Source: an uncultured candidate division Zixibacteria bacterium
Lineage (GTDB): Bacteria; Zixibacteria; MSB-5A5; GN15; FEB-12
DNA length: 64,000 bases
Reading direction: 5' to 3'
Assembly (NCBI GenBank): GCA_963664195.1
Contig: OY760907.1
Coordinates: forward strand, 1,952,001-2,016,000
Positions within the stretch are counted from its first letter, which is position 1, and the number at the start of each line of letters is the position of its first letter. Under the pieces are notes generated by a model. The model saw only the letters and a list, made by a program, of their open reading frames with translations. It made no database searches and had not been told where the DNA came from. Of the stretch, positions 38,530 through 47,965 are shown piece after piece. The translations under genes were made by a program, and so were the position numbers.

Positions 38530-39495
38530 ATGAGCGATGGACAGCACCATCTGGATTTTGAGCGACCGATAGTCGAGTTGCAGAAGAAAATCTCCGATAT
38601 GAAGGACTTCTCTATCGGGGAAAACATCGAACTCGATGACGAAATCGTCTCAATGCAGGAGAAACTGCAGAACCTGCGGGAAGAAGTCTATTCCAAGCTG
38701 ACCCGTTGGCAGCGTGTGCAAATCTCACGCCACCCGAAACGCCCCCACACGCTTGACTATATCAATATGATGACCACGGAGTTTATTGAACTCCACGGTG
38801 ATCGGTACTTTGCCGACGACAAGGCGCTGGTGGCCGGGCTTGCACGGTTCGATGGCGATCCGGTGATGGTCATGGGGCAGCAGAAGGGGCGCGATACCAA
38901 GACCAAGCTGTACCGCAATTTCGGTATGGCCAACCCCGAAGGGTACCGCAAAGCGCGCCGGATGTTCTATCTCGCCGAGAAATTCAACATTCCCATTCTC
39001 ATTTTTATCGATACTCCGGGAGCATTCCCGGGGATCGGCGCCGAAGAGCGAGGTCAGGCCGAGGCTATCGCTAAGAATATTCAGGTCATGTTCCAGATCA
39101 AAGTGCCTATCGTCGTGGTGATTATCGGCGAGGGTGCCTCCGGCGGTGCGCTGGGGATTGGAGTCGGTGACCGTGTGTATATGCTTGAATACTCCTGGTA
39201 CTCAGTGATATCACCCGAAGGCTGTGCGGCCATTCTCTGGCGCGATGCGGCCAAGGCACCCGAAGCAGCCGAAGCGTTGAAAGTGGTCTCGGACGACTTG
39301 TTGAATATGAAGATTATCGACGCGATTATTCCGGAGCCGCCGAGCGGCGCGCACAATAATCCGGCAGAGGCGGTTGGGCTTGTCAAAGAACAGGTCAAAG
39401 AGGCTTTCGAGGAGCTTAAGGGCAAGTCAGTAGATGAACTGCTGGCTGAACGACTTCGGAAATACCGGGTCATGGGAGAGTACAAGGAGTCATGA
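38530..39495 (+). CDS. accA: Acetyl-CoA carboxylase carboxyltransferase alpha subunit
   Basis: LDFERP, ELHGDR, RNFGM..PEGYRKA, DTPGAFPG.GAEERGQ, YSVISPEG. Confidence 0.97.
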   Translation: MSDGQHHLDFERPIVELQKKISDMKDFSIGENIELDDEIVSMQEKLQNLREEVYSKLTRWQRVQISRHPKRPHTLDYINMMTTEFIELHGDRYFADDKALVAGLARFDGDPVMVMGQQKGRDTKTKLYRNFGMANPEGYRKARRMFYLAEKFNIPILIFIDTPGAFPGIGAEERGQAEAIAKNIQVMFQIKVPIVVVIIGEGASGGALGIGVGDRVYMLEYSWYSVISPEGCAAILWRDAAKAPEAAEALKVVSDDLLNMKIIDAIIPEPPSGAHNNPAEAVGLVKEQVKEAFEELKGKSVDELLAERLRKYRVMGEYKES

Positions 39496-39662
39496 TGTCT
39501 TTACCAGAGCTGCTAGTCGCCAAACTGGCCTGTCCCAATTGTTATCAACCGCTCGATTATCATGGCAAGGACGACCGGCTGGAGTGTCTCAAGTGCGAAA
39601 TTGCATACCGTGTTGTCGAAGACATCCCGGTGTTGCAGCTTAAAGAAGCCGAAAAACTGTAA
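39492..39662 (+). CDS. Trm112/YcaR-family small protein (56 aa, not in ORF track)
   Basis: Hand translation MMSLPELLVAKLACPNCYQPLDYHGKDDRLECLKCEIAYRVVEDIPVLQLKEAEKL; ATGA overlap with accA, AAGGAG RBS. Confidence 0.88.
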   Translation: MMSLPELLVAKLACPNCYQPLDYHGKDDRLECLKCEIAYRVVEDIPVLQLKEAEKL

Positions 39663-39673
39663 CGTAGGTATTT

Positions 39674-40129
39674 ATGATGAAACTGTCGAAGTTCTGCGAC
39701 GAGAATCTTGTCATCTTTGATATGAAGGCCACGAACAAAGAAGAGGCCATCTCTGAACTGGTGATGTTGGCTGCTAGTTCCAACATGATCAAAGATGGTG
39801 ATCAACTGCTTGGCGATGTCATGGAGCGCGAAGAACTCGTCACTACCGGGGTCGGCTATGGAGTGGCCTTTCCGCACGCCAAGACTCGATCGGCCAAGGG
39901 TATTGTCATCGCGTTCGGTCGGTCCGAAAAAGGGATTGAGTTTGATGCCATGGACCACAAGCCGGTACGCCTGTTCTTCCTCATCGCCGCACCCGAGGAC
40001 GCGATTGGCGCACACTTAAACGTAATGGCCAGGCTTTCGTATCTGATGAAGTCCGAGGATAATCGCGAAGTGCTCAAAAAGGCCACCTCGCAGGGCGAAG
40101 TTTTGGAACTGATAGACAAGCTGGACTGA
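39674..40129 (+). CDS. PTS EIIA-like protein (fructose/mannitol/nitrogen family)
   Basis: ERE...TTGVG.GVAFPHAK (phospho-His), GIEFDAMD.KPV, HL..MARLS. Confidence 0.9.
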   Translation: MMKLSKFCDENLVIFDMKATNKEEAISELVMLAASSNMIKDGDQLLGDVMEREELVTTGVGYGVAFPHAKTRSAKGIVIAFGRSEKGIEFDAMDHKPVRLFFLIAAPEDAIGAHLNVMARLSYLMKSEDNREVLKKATSQGEVLELIDKLD

Positions 40130-40159
40130 TTCTCCCCTCGCGGGGAGGCTGCCTGACGT

Positions 40160-40951
40160 ATGAAATGGATTTCCAACCTCTTTGGCAAGTACTGGCGAAA
40201 CGTCCACCTCTCAGCGATACTGGTGCTGTCCCTCGTCCTGATCTTCGGGGGAAGCCGGGTCACCGGTCTGGTCAACGGCGTCATCGTAACTACGTTTCAT
40301 TATCCCTTCTTCAAGATTAAAACTACCGTAGAGGATCTGCTGACGGTCAATCAGGAAAACGAGCGTTTGCAGCTCGCTCTGGTGGAGGCCTCACGCAAAC
40401 TCTCTCTGCTCGGAGAGATTGAGCGCGAGAACCTCAGGCTTCGCACGGTACTCGGTTTTGAACCGCCGGCCGGATACACGCTTGTTCCCGCCAAAGTCAT
40501 CGCTACCATAGGCGAAGGTCTTCCGATCGCGGCCATTATCAATCGCGGTACGACCGACTCCATTCTGGTCGACCAGCCGCTGATAAACGAGCAGGGCCTG
40601 ATCGGTCGAATCATCTCAGTTTCTCCGCACACGGCTACTGTTCAGCTTCTCACCGATCCGGCGCATCGAGCTGCCGTCAGAGTCGCCGACAGTCGCGAGA
40701 TGGGCATAGTCAAATACCGCGTTTCCGATGGGCTGATCCTCGACAATTTCCCGGTACAGGGAAGTATCGTCGTGGGCAATCTCCTCATGTCCTCCGGACT
40801 GGGCGGCATATATCCACCCGGGCTTGTGGTCGGGACGATTACTTCAGTTGTCCGACCCGAGGATGAGCCTTTCTGCGAGATACGCGTTGAATCCGCCGCC
40901 AACTTCAATTCTCTGGAAGAGCTTTTCGTTCTGAAGGCGAGCAGCCTATGA
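40160..40951 (+). CDS. mreC: Rod shape-determining protein MreC
   Basis: N-terminal TM, EN.RLR coiled coil, GLIGRI, SSGLGGIYPPGL.VG. Confidence 0.92.
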   Translation: MKWISNLFGKYWRNVHLSAILVLSLVLIFGGSRVTGLVNGVIVTTFHYPFFKIKTTVEDLLTVNQENERLQLALVEASRKLSLLGEIERENLRLRTVLGFEPPAGYTLVPAKVIATIGEGLPIAAIINRGTTDSILVDQPLINEQGLIGRIISVSPHTATVQLLTDPAHRAAVRVADSREMGIVKYRVSDGLILDNFPVQGSIVVGNLLMSSGLGGIYPPGLVVGTITSVVRPEDEPFCEIRVESAANFNSLEELFVLKASSL

Positions 40952-41430
40952 GAGCTATCCCTTACGTCGTATATCTTCTGTTGATTGCCCTGCACGTGGT
41001 CATTCTCCATGATGTGATGGCTGTCTATGGGGCGGTTATCAGCCTCCCGGCATTTCTCGTGTTGACCGTGGCCTTATATAGAGATGAGATACCGGCTACC
41101 TGGTTCGGTTTTGCCGCCGGGCTTGTTGCGGCAGCCGGAATGCCCTCGGTTGGCTGGCAGGCACTACTGATGGCGGCGCTTGCTCTTGTTGCCAGTCGCA
41201 TCAAGGTGCGGCTGAACCTGGATGCGCTCAAGGCCCGTATGCTGCTGGTAGCGGCTGGAGTGCTGGTGCATAATTGCATTACGCTGCTAATCAACCAGCC
41301 TGAAGGGTTCTTGACGATGTTATGGACGACCGCTCTGACAAGTACTGCCTACACGATGGTTCTCGCCTGGCTGTTTTTCCTGAACCGTCAGGGCACGCTG
41401 ACCTGGCAGAAGGTGAAATCAATCTTCTAA
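40948..41430 (+). CDS. mreD: Rod shape-determining protein MreD
   Basis: 160-aa multi-TM protein between mreC and mrdA; GF.AGL motif. Confidence 0.72.
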   Translation: MRAIPYVVYLLLIALHVVILHDVMAVYGAVISLPAFLVLTVALYRDEIPATWFGFAAGLVAAAGMPSVGWQALLMAALALVASRIKVRLNLDALKARMLLVAAGVLVHNCITLLINQPEGFLTMLWTTALTSTAYTMVLAWLFFLNRQGTLTWQKVKSIF

Positions 41431-41438
41431 GGCAAACC

Positions 41439-43253
41439 ATGGAGCGATACCAACTCTCACTCAGCAGCCGGGAGCGAATCAGTGTACTGATTGTCATCCT
41501 CGCGGTTGTTTTCCTTTCCGGAGGATTACTGAAGCTCCAGGTTCTTGACCACGCCGAACTCGCCGAACAATCCGAGAACAACCGCATTCGAGTGGTGCCG
41601 ATTGAACCCCGCCGCGGACGCGTTTACGATCGTAACGGCCGGGTGATTATCGACAACCGCCCCTCCTACACGGTTTCTGTTGTCCGCGCCGAAGAAGTCG
41701 ATGGTGTCACGCTCCAGAATCTGTCCCGCCTGATCGGCATAGACACACTCCAGATTCGCAAGCGTATTCGCAAGAACATGGTTAGCCCGTATCAGCCGGC
41801 ACCGGTCAAGAAGGATATTCCCTTTGAAGTCGTCGCGCAACTGGAGGAACAGTACGAGAAGTTCCCCGGCGTGTCCTACCAGATGGAGCGCGTCCGTCAG
41901 TACGGGGACAGCCTCGGAGCGGAATCATATTCCGGCTATGTCGGCGAGGTCTCCCGCGATCAGCTCAAAGAAGGTGCCCAAACCGACCTTAGGCTTGGCA
42001 GCATGATTGGCAAGAAAGGTCTGGAGAAGCAATACGATCAGCTTTTGAGAGGGAGAGAAGGAACCGAATACCTGGAAGTGTTTGCCTCCGGCCAGATTCG
42101 CGGTTCGTACGAAGGCCGTGAGAAAATCGGGGCCGCACCCGGGTCAGACATCACCCTCTCGATTGATTTCGACCTGCAGAAGGCTTGCACCGAAGTGCTC
42201 GATACGTTCTGTTGCGGCGCGATTGTGGCCATGGACCCCCGCACCGGCGAACTGTTGGCAATGACCTCGTATCCTAGCTACGATGCGAATATCTTCTCAT
42301 CGGTCATTCCTGAAAGCACGTGGCAGGCTATAGCAAGTGACACCAACCATCCGTTGCTGAACCGTCCGCTGACCGGTCAGTACCCGCCCGGATCGACAGT
42401 CAAGTTTATTACCGTTGGTGCCGGGCTTGAGGAAAAACTTATCACCCCGAACAGCACCTTCAGGCCTTGTCTCGGTGGCTTCAAATTCGGCAACCGTGTT
42501 TTTCACTGCTGGGATCTGGGCGGTCACGGTGCACTAAATGCCGTTCACGCGCTGGAGCGATCCTGCGACATCTACATGTATCAGCTCGGGCTGAAACTGG
42601 GAGTTAATACGCTCAGCGAGTACTTCGGCAAGTGCGGTTTCGGTCGCAAGACCGGGATTGATTTGCCCACCGAAGTCGCCGGGCTTAACCCCAACAGCGC
42701 CTATTATGACGAGCGTTACGGCAAGAACAAATGGACAAAGGCGCTCGTTCTGAACAACTCTATCGGACAGGGGGAGCTTCTTACGACGCCGCTCCAGCTT
42801 GCGCAGTTCTATTGCGGTATGGCCAACCACGGCGTGGTGTACCGTCCGCATGTGGTGACACGAATCGAGCACCACAATGGTCACGTTGTTACCATCCTGC
42901 CGGAGAAGTCCTTTGATCTTCCTTTTTCGCAGGCAACGCTCGCCCTCCTCAACGAGGGCCTCCGGCTGGTTGTCGAGGGCGAACACGGCACGGCTCGCCG
43001 GCTCAAGAACAGCCTGTATTCCGTTGGCGGCAAAACCGGTACCGCGCAGAACCCGCACGGCCTGGAGCACTCATGGTTCGTTGGCGTGGCGCCGCTTGAG
43101 AACCCGGAAATCGTGGTCGCTTGCATAATTGAAAACGCCGGCCACGGATCAGAAGTCGCCGCGCCGGTGGTGGGACACGTTATCCGGAGCTATATGACAA
43201 AACGCCTGGCGCAGGACTCGGTGGTGATGGCGGAAAAAGAGGAAGGTCAGTAA
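41439..43253 (+). CDS. mrdA: Penicillin-binding protein 2
   Basis: PRRGRVYDRNG, GKKGLEK.YD..L.G, YPPGSTVK (SxxK), SCD, GGKTGTAQ. Confidence 0.95.
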   Translation: MERYQLSLSSRERISVLIVILAVVFLSGGLLKLQVLDHAELAEQSENNRIRVVPIEPRRGRVYDRNGRVIIDNRPSYTVSVVRAEEVDGVTLQNLSRLIGIDTLQIRKRIRKNMVSPYQPAPVKKDIPFEVVAQLEEQYEKFPGVSYQMERVRQYGDSLGAESYSGYVGEVSRDQLKEGAQTDLRLGSMIGKKGLEKQYDQLLRGREGTEYLEVFASGQIRGSYEGREKIGAAPGSDITLSIDFDLQKACTEVLDTFCCGAIVAMDPRTGELLAMTSYPSYDANIFSSVIPESTWQAIASDTNHPLLNRPLTGQYPPGSTVKFITVGAGLEEKLITPNSTFRPCLGGFKFGNRVFHCWDLGGHGALNAVHALERSCDIYMYQLGLKLGVNTLSEYFGKCGFGRKTGIDLPTEVAGLNPNSAYYDERYGKNKWTKALVLNNSIGQGELLTTPLQLAQFYCGMANHGVVYRPHVVTRIEHHNGHVVTILPEKSFDLPFSQATLALLNEGLRLVVEGEHGTARRLKNSLYSVGGKTGTAQNPHGLEHSWFVGVAPLENPEIVVACIIENAGHGSEVAAPVVGHVIRSYMTKRLAQDSVVMAEKEEGQ

Positions 43254-44473
43254 TGCTGGACTACAAAGACCTCGACTGGAAACTGATTGCCGCCGCATTG
43301 CTTCTTTCACTCATAGGCGTGGTGTTGATTATGTCCGCCCAGTATCATGCCGAGTCGGAGTTTCGCCAGACGTTCTATTTGAGACAGTTACTCTGGCTGG
43401 TCTTTGCCCTGGTTGCCTTTGCTATTGTCATACATCTGCCGCTCCGATTGTTCGACCTCGGTGCCTATTTGCTGTATTTTGTGGCGTTGGCATTGCTGGT
43501 ACTTGTGCTGGTTGTGGGATCATCGAAGCTTGGCGATGCCCGTCGCTTTTTCAATTTCGGCCCCATCAATCTCGCCCCTTCGGATATCGCCAAGATAGCC
43601 GTGCTGCTGGCGATGAGTCGATTTCTGGCATATACCAAACTGGCGGTAAGTTCTAAACGACGGCTGGCGATAACGGGTCTGATGGTTGCTGTACCGGCAA
43701 CGCTCATTCTCAAGCAGCCGGATCTGGGCACCTCGCTCGTCTTCTTCGTACTGCTGTTCGTGCTCTGGTTCTGGGCCGGACTTTCACCGGGCTACCTCTT
43801 TTTGATTGTGTCGCCGCTGGTCTCTCTTGTGGCCGCGTCCCACTGGTTATCCTGGGCGATTTACTTCGCGGTGTTGATAACGATCATCGGGTTAGTCCGA
43901 CCCGGCATGCTTATGGGGATCATCACCGTTGCCATGAATCTCGCCTCGGGGATTATTACGCCGTTCTTCTGGAATCGCCTTCAGGATTATCAGAAACTGA
44001 GAATACTGACATTCCTTGATCCCGGACGTGACCCGCGCGGAGCCGGTTACCAGATCATTCAATCAAAAATCTCAATCGGGTCAGGAGGGATATTCGGCAA
44101 AGGCTTCCTCGGAGGGTCGCAAACGCGGCTTGAGTTCCTGCCTGAACGGCACACGGATTTTGTCTTTTCAGTGCTGGGCGAGGAGTTCGGATTGTGGGGG
44201 GCCATGCTGGTAATATTGTTGTTTGGATTCATTTTTTATCGAGCAATCCGCATTGCCGTCCAGTGTCGCTCACGATTCGCTTCCAATGTAGTGATGGGGG
44301 CAGCGTCAATCCTGTTGTTCCAGTTTGTTATCAACATAGGTATGACACTCGGTTTTATGCCGGTTACGGGACTTGCGCTGCCGCTGCTCAGCTATGGAGG
44401 CACTGCCCTTGTGCTGGCGTGGACACTTCTCGGTCTGATAGTCTCGGCCGGGTATCGCTGGCAGGAATACTAA
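43253..44473 (+). CDS. rodA: Rod shape-determining protein RodA (SEDS)
   Basis: KQPDLGT, YQ..RI..FLDP..DP.G.GY...QSKI.IGSGG, LPERHTDF, PVTG..LP..SYGG. Confidence 0.95.
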   Translation: MLDYKDLDWKLIAAALLLSLIGVVLIMSAQYHAESEFRQTFYLRQLLWLVFALVAFAIVIHLPLRLFDLGAYLLYFVALALLVLVLVVGSSKLGDARRFFNFGPINLAPSDIAKIAVLLAMSRFLAYTKLAVSSKRRLAITGLMVAVPATLILKQPDLGTSLVFFVLLFVLWFWAGLSPGYLFLIVSPLVSLVAASHWLSWAIYFAVLITIIGLVRPGMLMGIITVAMNLASGIITPFFWNRLQDYQKLRILTFLDPGRDPRGAGYQIIQSKISIGSGGIFGKGFLGGSQTRLEFLPERHTDFVFSVLGEEFGLWGAMLVILLFGFIFYRAIRIAVQCRSRFASNVVMGAASILLFQFVINIGMTLGFMPVTGLALPLLSYGGTALVLAWTLLGLIVSAGYRWQEY

Positions 44474-44490
44474 CGAAGGGATTTCGAACT

Positions 44491-46065
44491 TTGCGAATTC
44501 AGTCTGTTCTCTTAATCGTGTCGCTAGTGCTTCTGTTTGCCGTTGATCCCGTCTGCGGGTTCAATCTTGATTCTCTTCTGGTGAAATCCGTCGGGGGGGA
44601 GGCAGGTGTTGAGCGAATCAAAACGCTCTCGACCATGCACGCAAAATGCGACGCCGTACTCAACGGTATGGCCGGCACCGCCGATGTTTATCTGGCCATG
44701 CCGGACAAGATGTATCTCGAACTGCAGCTCGGCCCTTACCGATTGTGGCAGGCATTCGATGGGGAGACCGCGTGGGCACGCGATCACAATGGAGCCATCA
44801 GCGAGATCACCGGTTACCAGAAACAGGAACTGCTTACCCAGGTATGGTTCCAATCGTTTTCGTTCCTCTTTGATGATCGTCTTCCGGGCGGCAGCGAGTA
44901 TCTGGGAGAGGAGGAACGCGACGGCATGCGCTGCCACAAGGTCGCCTTCTATCCGTTCGATGCAGACACGGTATACGGCTATTTCGATTGTGAAACCGGC
45001 CTGCAGATGCTTAGCGTCAGTTATATGGACAACCTGGAGACCGTCACTACCAGCGAGGATTATCGCACGGTAGAGGGAATTGCCATGTCTTACTACTCGG
45101 CCTCCACCGCTGCCGGAGCGCCGATCAGCACTGAGTTTACGATCAAGGAACTGACCCTCGACGCCGAGTTTGACCATACAATGTTCTCTCGCCCCTCGAC
45201 AGAGGTGGACGACTTTCACTTTCCCGGGGGGTATGATTCGGTTACGGTCTCATTTGACTATTCAAACGGTCATATTTACGTACCTGTTACGGTAAACGGC
45301 AAAACGAAACTGCGACTGATTCTCGATTCGGGCGCGTCGGCAAATATCTTTCACGCTCCGGTTGTCGAGTCGCTGCAATTGCCGGTCGTGGCCAAGTTGC
45401 CGGCCAAAGGTATAGGCGGTTACCAGGAAATCGACTTCGTGCAGACCGATTCGCTGACAATCGGCGACCTTAAGCTGTACTCCCAGGTTGCTGGCGTGAT
45501 GAACATGCCGCCGATTGGGGTTTCGCCGGTGGCGGACGAACCTTTTGGCGGGGTGTTGGGATACGACTTCCTGTCACGTTTCCCGATCTTGATTGACTAC
45601 CAGGAGAAAACGCTCACGGTGTACAATCCTGAGAGCTTTGTCCTTCCCACAGGGGGGCACTCGATTGATTTCAGACTGACCATGCAAGTGCCTACCATCG
45701 TTGCGCAACTGGCCGGAATTAAGGGAGATTTCATAGTCGATCTTGGCAATGCTTTCTGCCTCATAGTGCACAGCGATTTTAGCAAGACCAACGAATTGGA
45801 GTCCAGACTTGAGGATGTTCGGGATGTATCTGGTGCGGTTGGTGGAATCGGGGGAGGAGTGAAGACCCTCTCGGCGGTGGCCGGGAGTTTTGTGTTTGGA
45901 GATATTTCCCTGGCCGGTGTCGAAGTTGTACTGCCCGATGCTTCGGCGGGTCTGTCCGGGTCCTCGGCCCTGGCCGGCAACATCGGCAACAGGCTCATGG
46001 AGCGGTTTCGTGTGTTGTTCGACTATCGGGCGAGCAGCGTGACCTTTTTTGAGGTCGGTAATTAG
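44491..46065 (+). CDS. Secreted two-domain clan-AA aspartyl protease with N-terminal beta (lipoprotein-sorting-like) domain
   Basis: Signal peptide; LILDSGA...GVLGYDFL..F...IDY and FIVDLGN...GNIGN...RF.V.FDY; TTG start. Confidence 0.8.
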   Translation: MRIQSVLLIVSLVLLFAVDPVCGFNLDSLLVKSVGGEAGVERIKTLSTMHAKCDAVLNGMAGTADVYLAMPDKMYLELQLGPYRLWQAFDGETAWARDHNGAISEITGYQKQELLTQVWFQSFSFLFDDRLPGGSEYLGEEERDGMRCHKVAFYPFDADTVYGYFDCETGLQMLSVSYMDNLETVTTSEDYRTVEGIAMSYYSASTAAGAPISTEFTIKELTLDAEFDHTMFSRPSTEVDDFHFPGGYDSVTVSFDYSNGHIYVPVTVNGKTKLRLILDSGASANIFHAPVVESLQLPVVAKLPAKGIGGYQEIDFVQTDSLTIGDLKLYSQVAGVMNMPPIGVSPVADEPFGGVLGYDFLSRFPILIDYQEKTLTVYNPESFVLPTGGHSIDFRLTMQVPTIVAQLAGIKGDFIVDLGNAFCLIVHSDFSKTNELESRLEDVRDVSGAVGGIGGGVKTLSAVAGSFVFGDISLAGVEVVLPDASAGLSGSSALAGNIGNRLMERFRVLFDYRASSVTFFEVGN

Positions 46066-46067
46066 CC

Positions 46068-46097
46068 TTGACCCGGTTTGTTAAGAAACGGTATATT
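46068..46097 (+). promoter_or_regulatory. Putative sigma70 promoter upstream of the omp-gap-pgk-tpiA operon
   Basis: TTGACC-18 nt-TATATT. Confidence 0.4.
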
Positions 46098-46182
46098 GAC
46101 TCGCATAATCGAGGGCACAATAGGCGTTGAGACCGGTTTCAGGGAGTAGTAGATCAACCGAGTTTCGGAACGGACAGTCCTT

Positions 46183-46938
46183 ATGAAGAAGCGTCAGCAG
46201 GATACAGGCCACGCAATCGCAGGCCGCGCATTCGTCGCGGCCTTGATCACTCTCACCATCTGTCTAACTTCCGCTCTCACGGCGTCGGCTCAGGGGCGGA
46301 GCGACGACTTGACGACAGTCGAACATTACTACAACAAACATCAGCTTGGTGTCCGTCTTGGCGGTTGGGCCAATCTTGGCGACAGTCCCATCGACAGTGT
46401 CGGGGTTGACGAAAACGCGTTCTATATCGCGGATATCGCCGATGCCAATTTCTATCTCGAGGCATACGCAGGCTACCGGTTCGGTCGTGCCTTGATCGGC
46501 GAATTCTCGGTGGGAATCGTTAGTCGCGGTGACCTGACGTTTCGCGATACGTTCAGTCGTGAAACATTTTTCGGCAGCCTGCTGGTCTACCCGATTCTCG
46601 CAAAAGCGAAGATCTTTCCTATGGGCGGGATCTCGGGGAAACTCCATCCCTACCTGATGGTCGGTGGTGGCGCGTATTATGCCCGACATGATGTCCAGAT
46701 TGTCACTAGCAGCGGGTATGTCTATAGAGACTTCCAGGAGGCATCAAAGACCAAGTTCAGCTATGTGGTCGGGGGCGGGTTCGACTGGCCACTTGCCTCG
46801 ATGTTGGCGCTGGATTTCAATGCACAGTACATGCCGATAGATTTCTCTGAGCAGTTTATCTCCATTCAGGACTACAGTTCCGTGACGATAACTGCAGGTA
46901 TAAAGTACTTGTTTGCGACGAAAACACAGAAACGATAA
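46183..46938 (+). CDS. Outer-membrane beta-barrel protein (OmpW/OmpA-TM-like)
   Basis: Signal peptide; alternating beta-strands, LHPYLMVGGGAY, terminal AGIKYLF. Confidence 0.75.
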   Translation: MKKRQQDTGHAIAGRAFVAALITLTICLTSALTASAQGRSDDLTTVEHYYNKHQLGVRLGGWANLGDSPIDSVGVDENAFYIADIADANFYLEAYAGYRFGRALIGEFSVGIVSRGDLTFRDTFSRETFFGSLLVYPILAKAKIFPMGGISGKLHPYLMVGGGAYYARHDVQIVTSSGYVYRDFQEASKTKFSYVVGGGFDWPLASMLALDFNAQYMPIDFSEQFISIQDYSSVTITAGIKYLFATKTQKR

Positions 46939-46954
46939 TAGCTAGCGGGAGGCG

Positions 46955-47944
46955 ATGATGAAAGTTGGCATTAATGGATTTGGAAGGATTGGGCGTCTGG
47001 TACTGAAGGCCAGTTGGGACACGGATATGGAAATCGTTGGCGTCAATGATATCACCGATGCCAAGACGCTTGCTCACCTGCTCAAGTATGACTCGGTGCA
47101 CGGTAAGTTTCCCGGTGAAGTCGGTGTCGACGGCGACACATTGATAATAGACGGCAAAAAGATCCCGGTTTGCTCCGAGCGCGACCCCGGCAAACTGCCG
47201 TGGAAGAAACTGGGCGCGGAAGTTGTCCTCGAGTGCACCGGCCTCTTCCGGACAAGAGAGACCGCCGGCAAGCATATCGACGCCGGGGCGAAAAAGGTCC
47301 TCGTGTCTGCGCCGGCCAAGGGAGGTGATGGCACGTACATCCTCGGTGTCAACTCGCACCTGTATGACAAGTCCAAGCATGACATCGTTTCTATTGGGTC
47401 CTGCACTACCAATTGCCTGGCTCCGGTTATCAAAGTGTTGATGGATAACTTTGGAATACAACAGGGTTTCATGACGACCATCCATGCCTACACTGCCGAT
47501 CAGCGTTTGCAGGACGCTCCGCACAAAGACCTTCGTCGCGCCCGTGCTGCTGCGCTTTCGATGGTGCCGACAACCACGGGTGCCGCCAAAGCGATTTCGC
47601 AGGTGATTCCGGAGATGGAAGGCAAGCTCGACGGTTGTGCCATTCGAGTACCAACTCCGGACGGTTCCATGGTTGATCTTGCCGCGATTCTTGAGAAGGA
47701 AGCAACGGTCGATCAAATCAACGCCGCAATGAAGAAAGCTGCCGAGTCCGGCCCGCTTTCCAGGACGCTTGATTATTGTGAGGACCCTATCGTATCTATC
47801 GATGTCGTGGGCAACCCGCACGGTTCCGTGTTTGACTCGGCGATGACGATGGCGCAGGGCAAGATGATCAAAGTGTTTTCCTGGTATGACAATGAATGGG
47901 GATTCTCAAGCCGCATGGTAGACATGATGCAAATGATGCTCTAG
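46955..47944 (+). CDS. gap: Glyceraldehyde-3-phosphate dehydrogenase type I
   Basis: GINGFGRIGR, SCTTNCLAP, RRARAAA, WYDNEWG. Confidence 0.98.
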   Translation: MMKVGINGFGRIGRLVLKASWDTDMEIVGVNDITDAKTLAHLLKYDSVHGKFPGEVGVDGDTLIIDGKKIPVCSERDPGKLPWKKLGAEVVLECTGLFRTRETAGKHIDAGAKKVLVSAPAKGGDGTYILGVNSHLYDKSKHDIVSIGSCTTNCLAPVIKVLMDNFGIQQGFMTTIHAYTADQRLQDAPHKDLRRARAAALSMVPTTTGAAKAISQVIPEMEGKLDGCAIRVPTPDGSMVDLAAILEKEATVDQINAAMKKAAESGPLSRTLDYCEDPIVSIDVVGNPHGSVFDSAMTMAQGKMIKVFSWYDNEWGFSSRMVDMMQMML

Positions 47945-47965
47945 TAGTGACGAGGGATCATAGAG

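Noticed and set aside
44194..44490. N-terminal extensions in the ORF track (also 1763, 12495, 13480, 33299, 35722, 37301, 41322, 57881, 60695)
   Set aside because: They overlap upstream genes or lack an RBS; downstream starts with RBS, signal peptide or family N-terminus fit better.
46856..47821. 321-aa minus-strand ORF
   Set aside because: The familiar antisense ORF opposite gap; not a gene.
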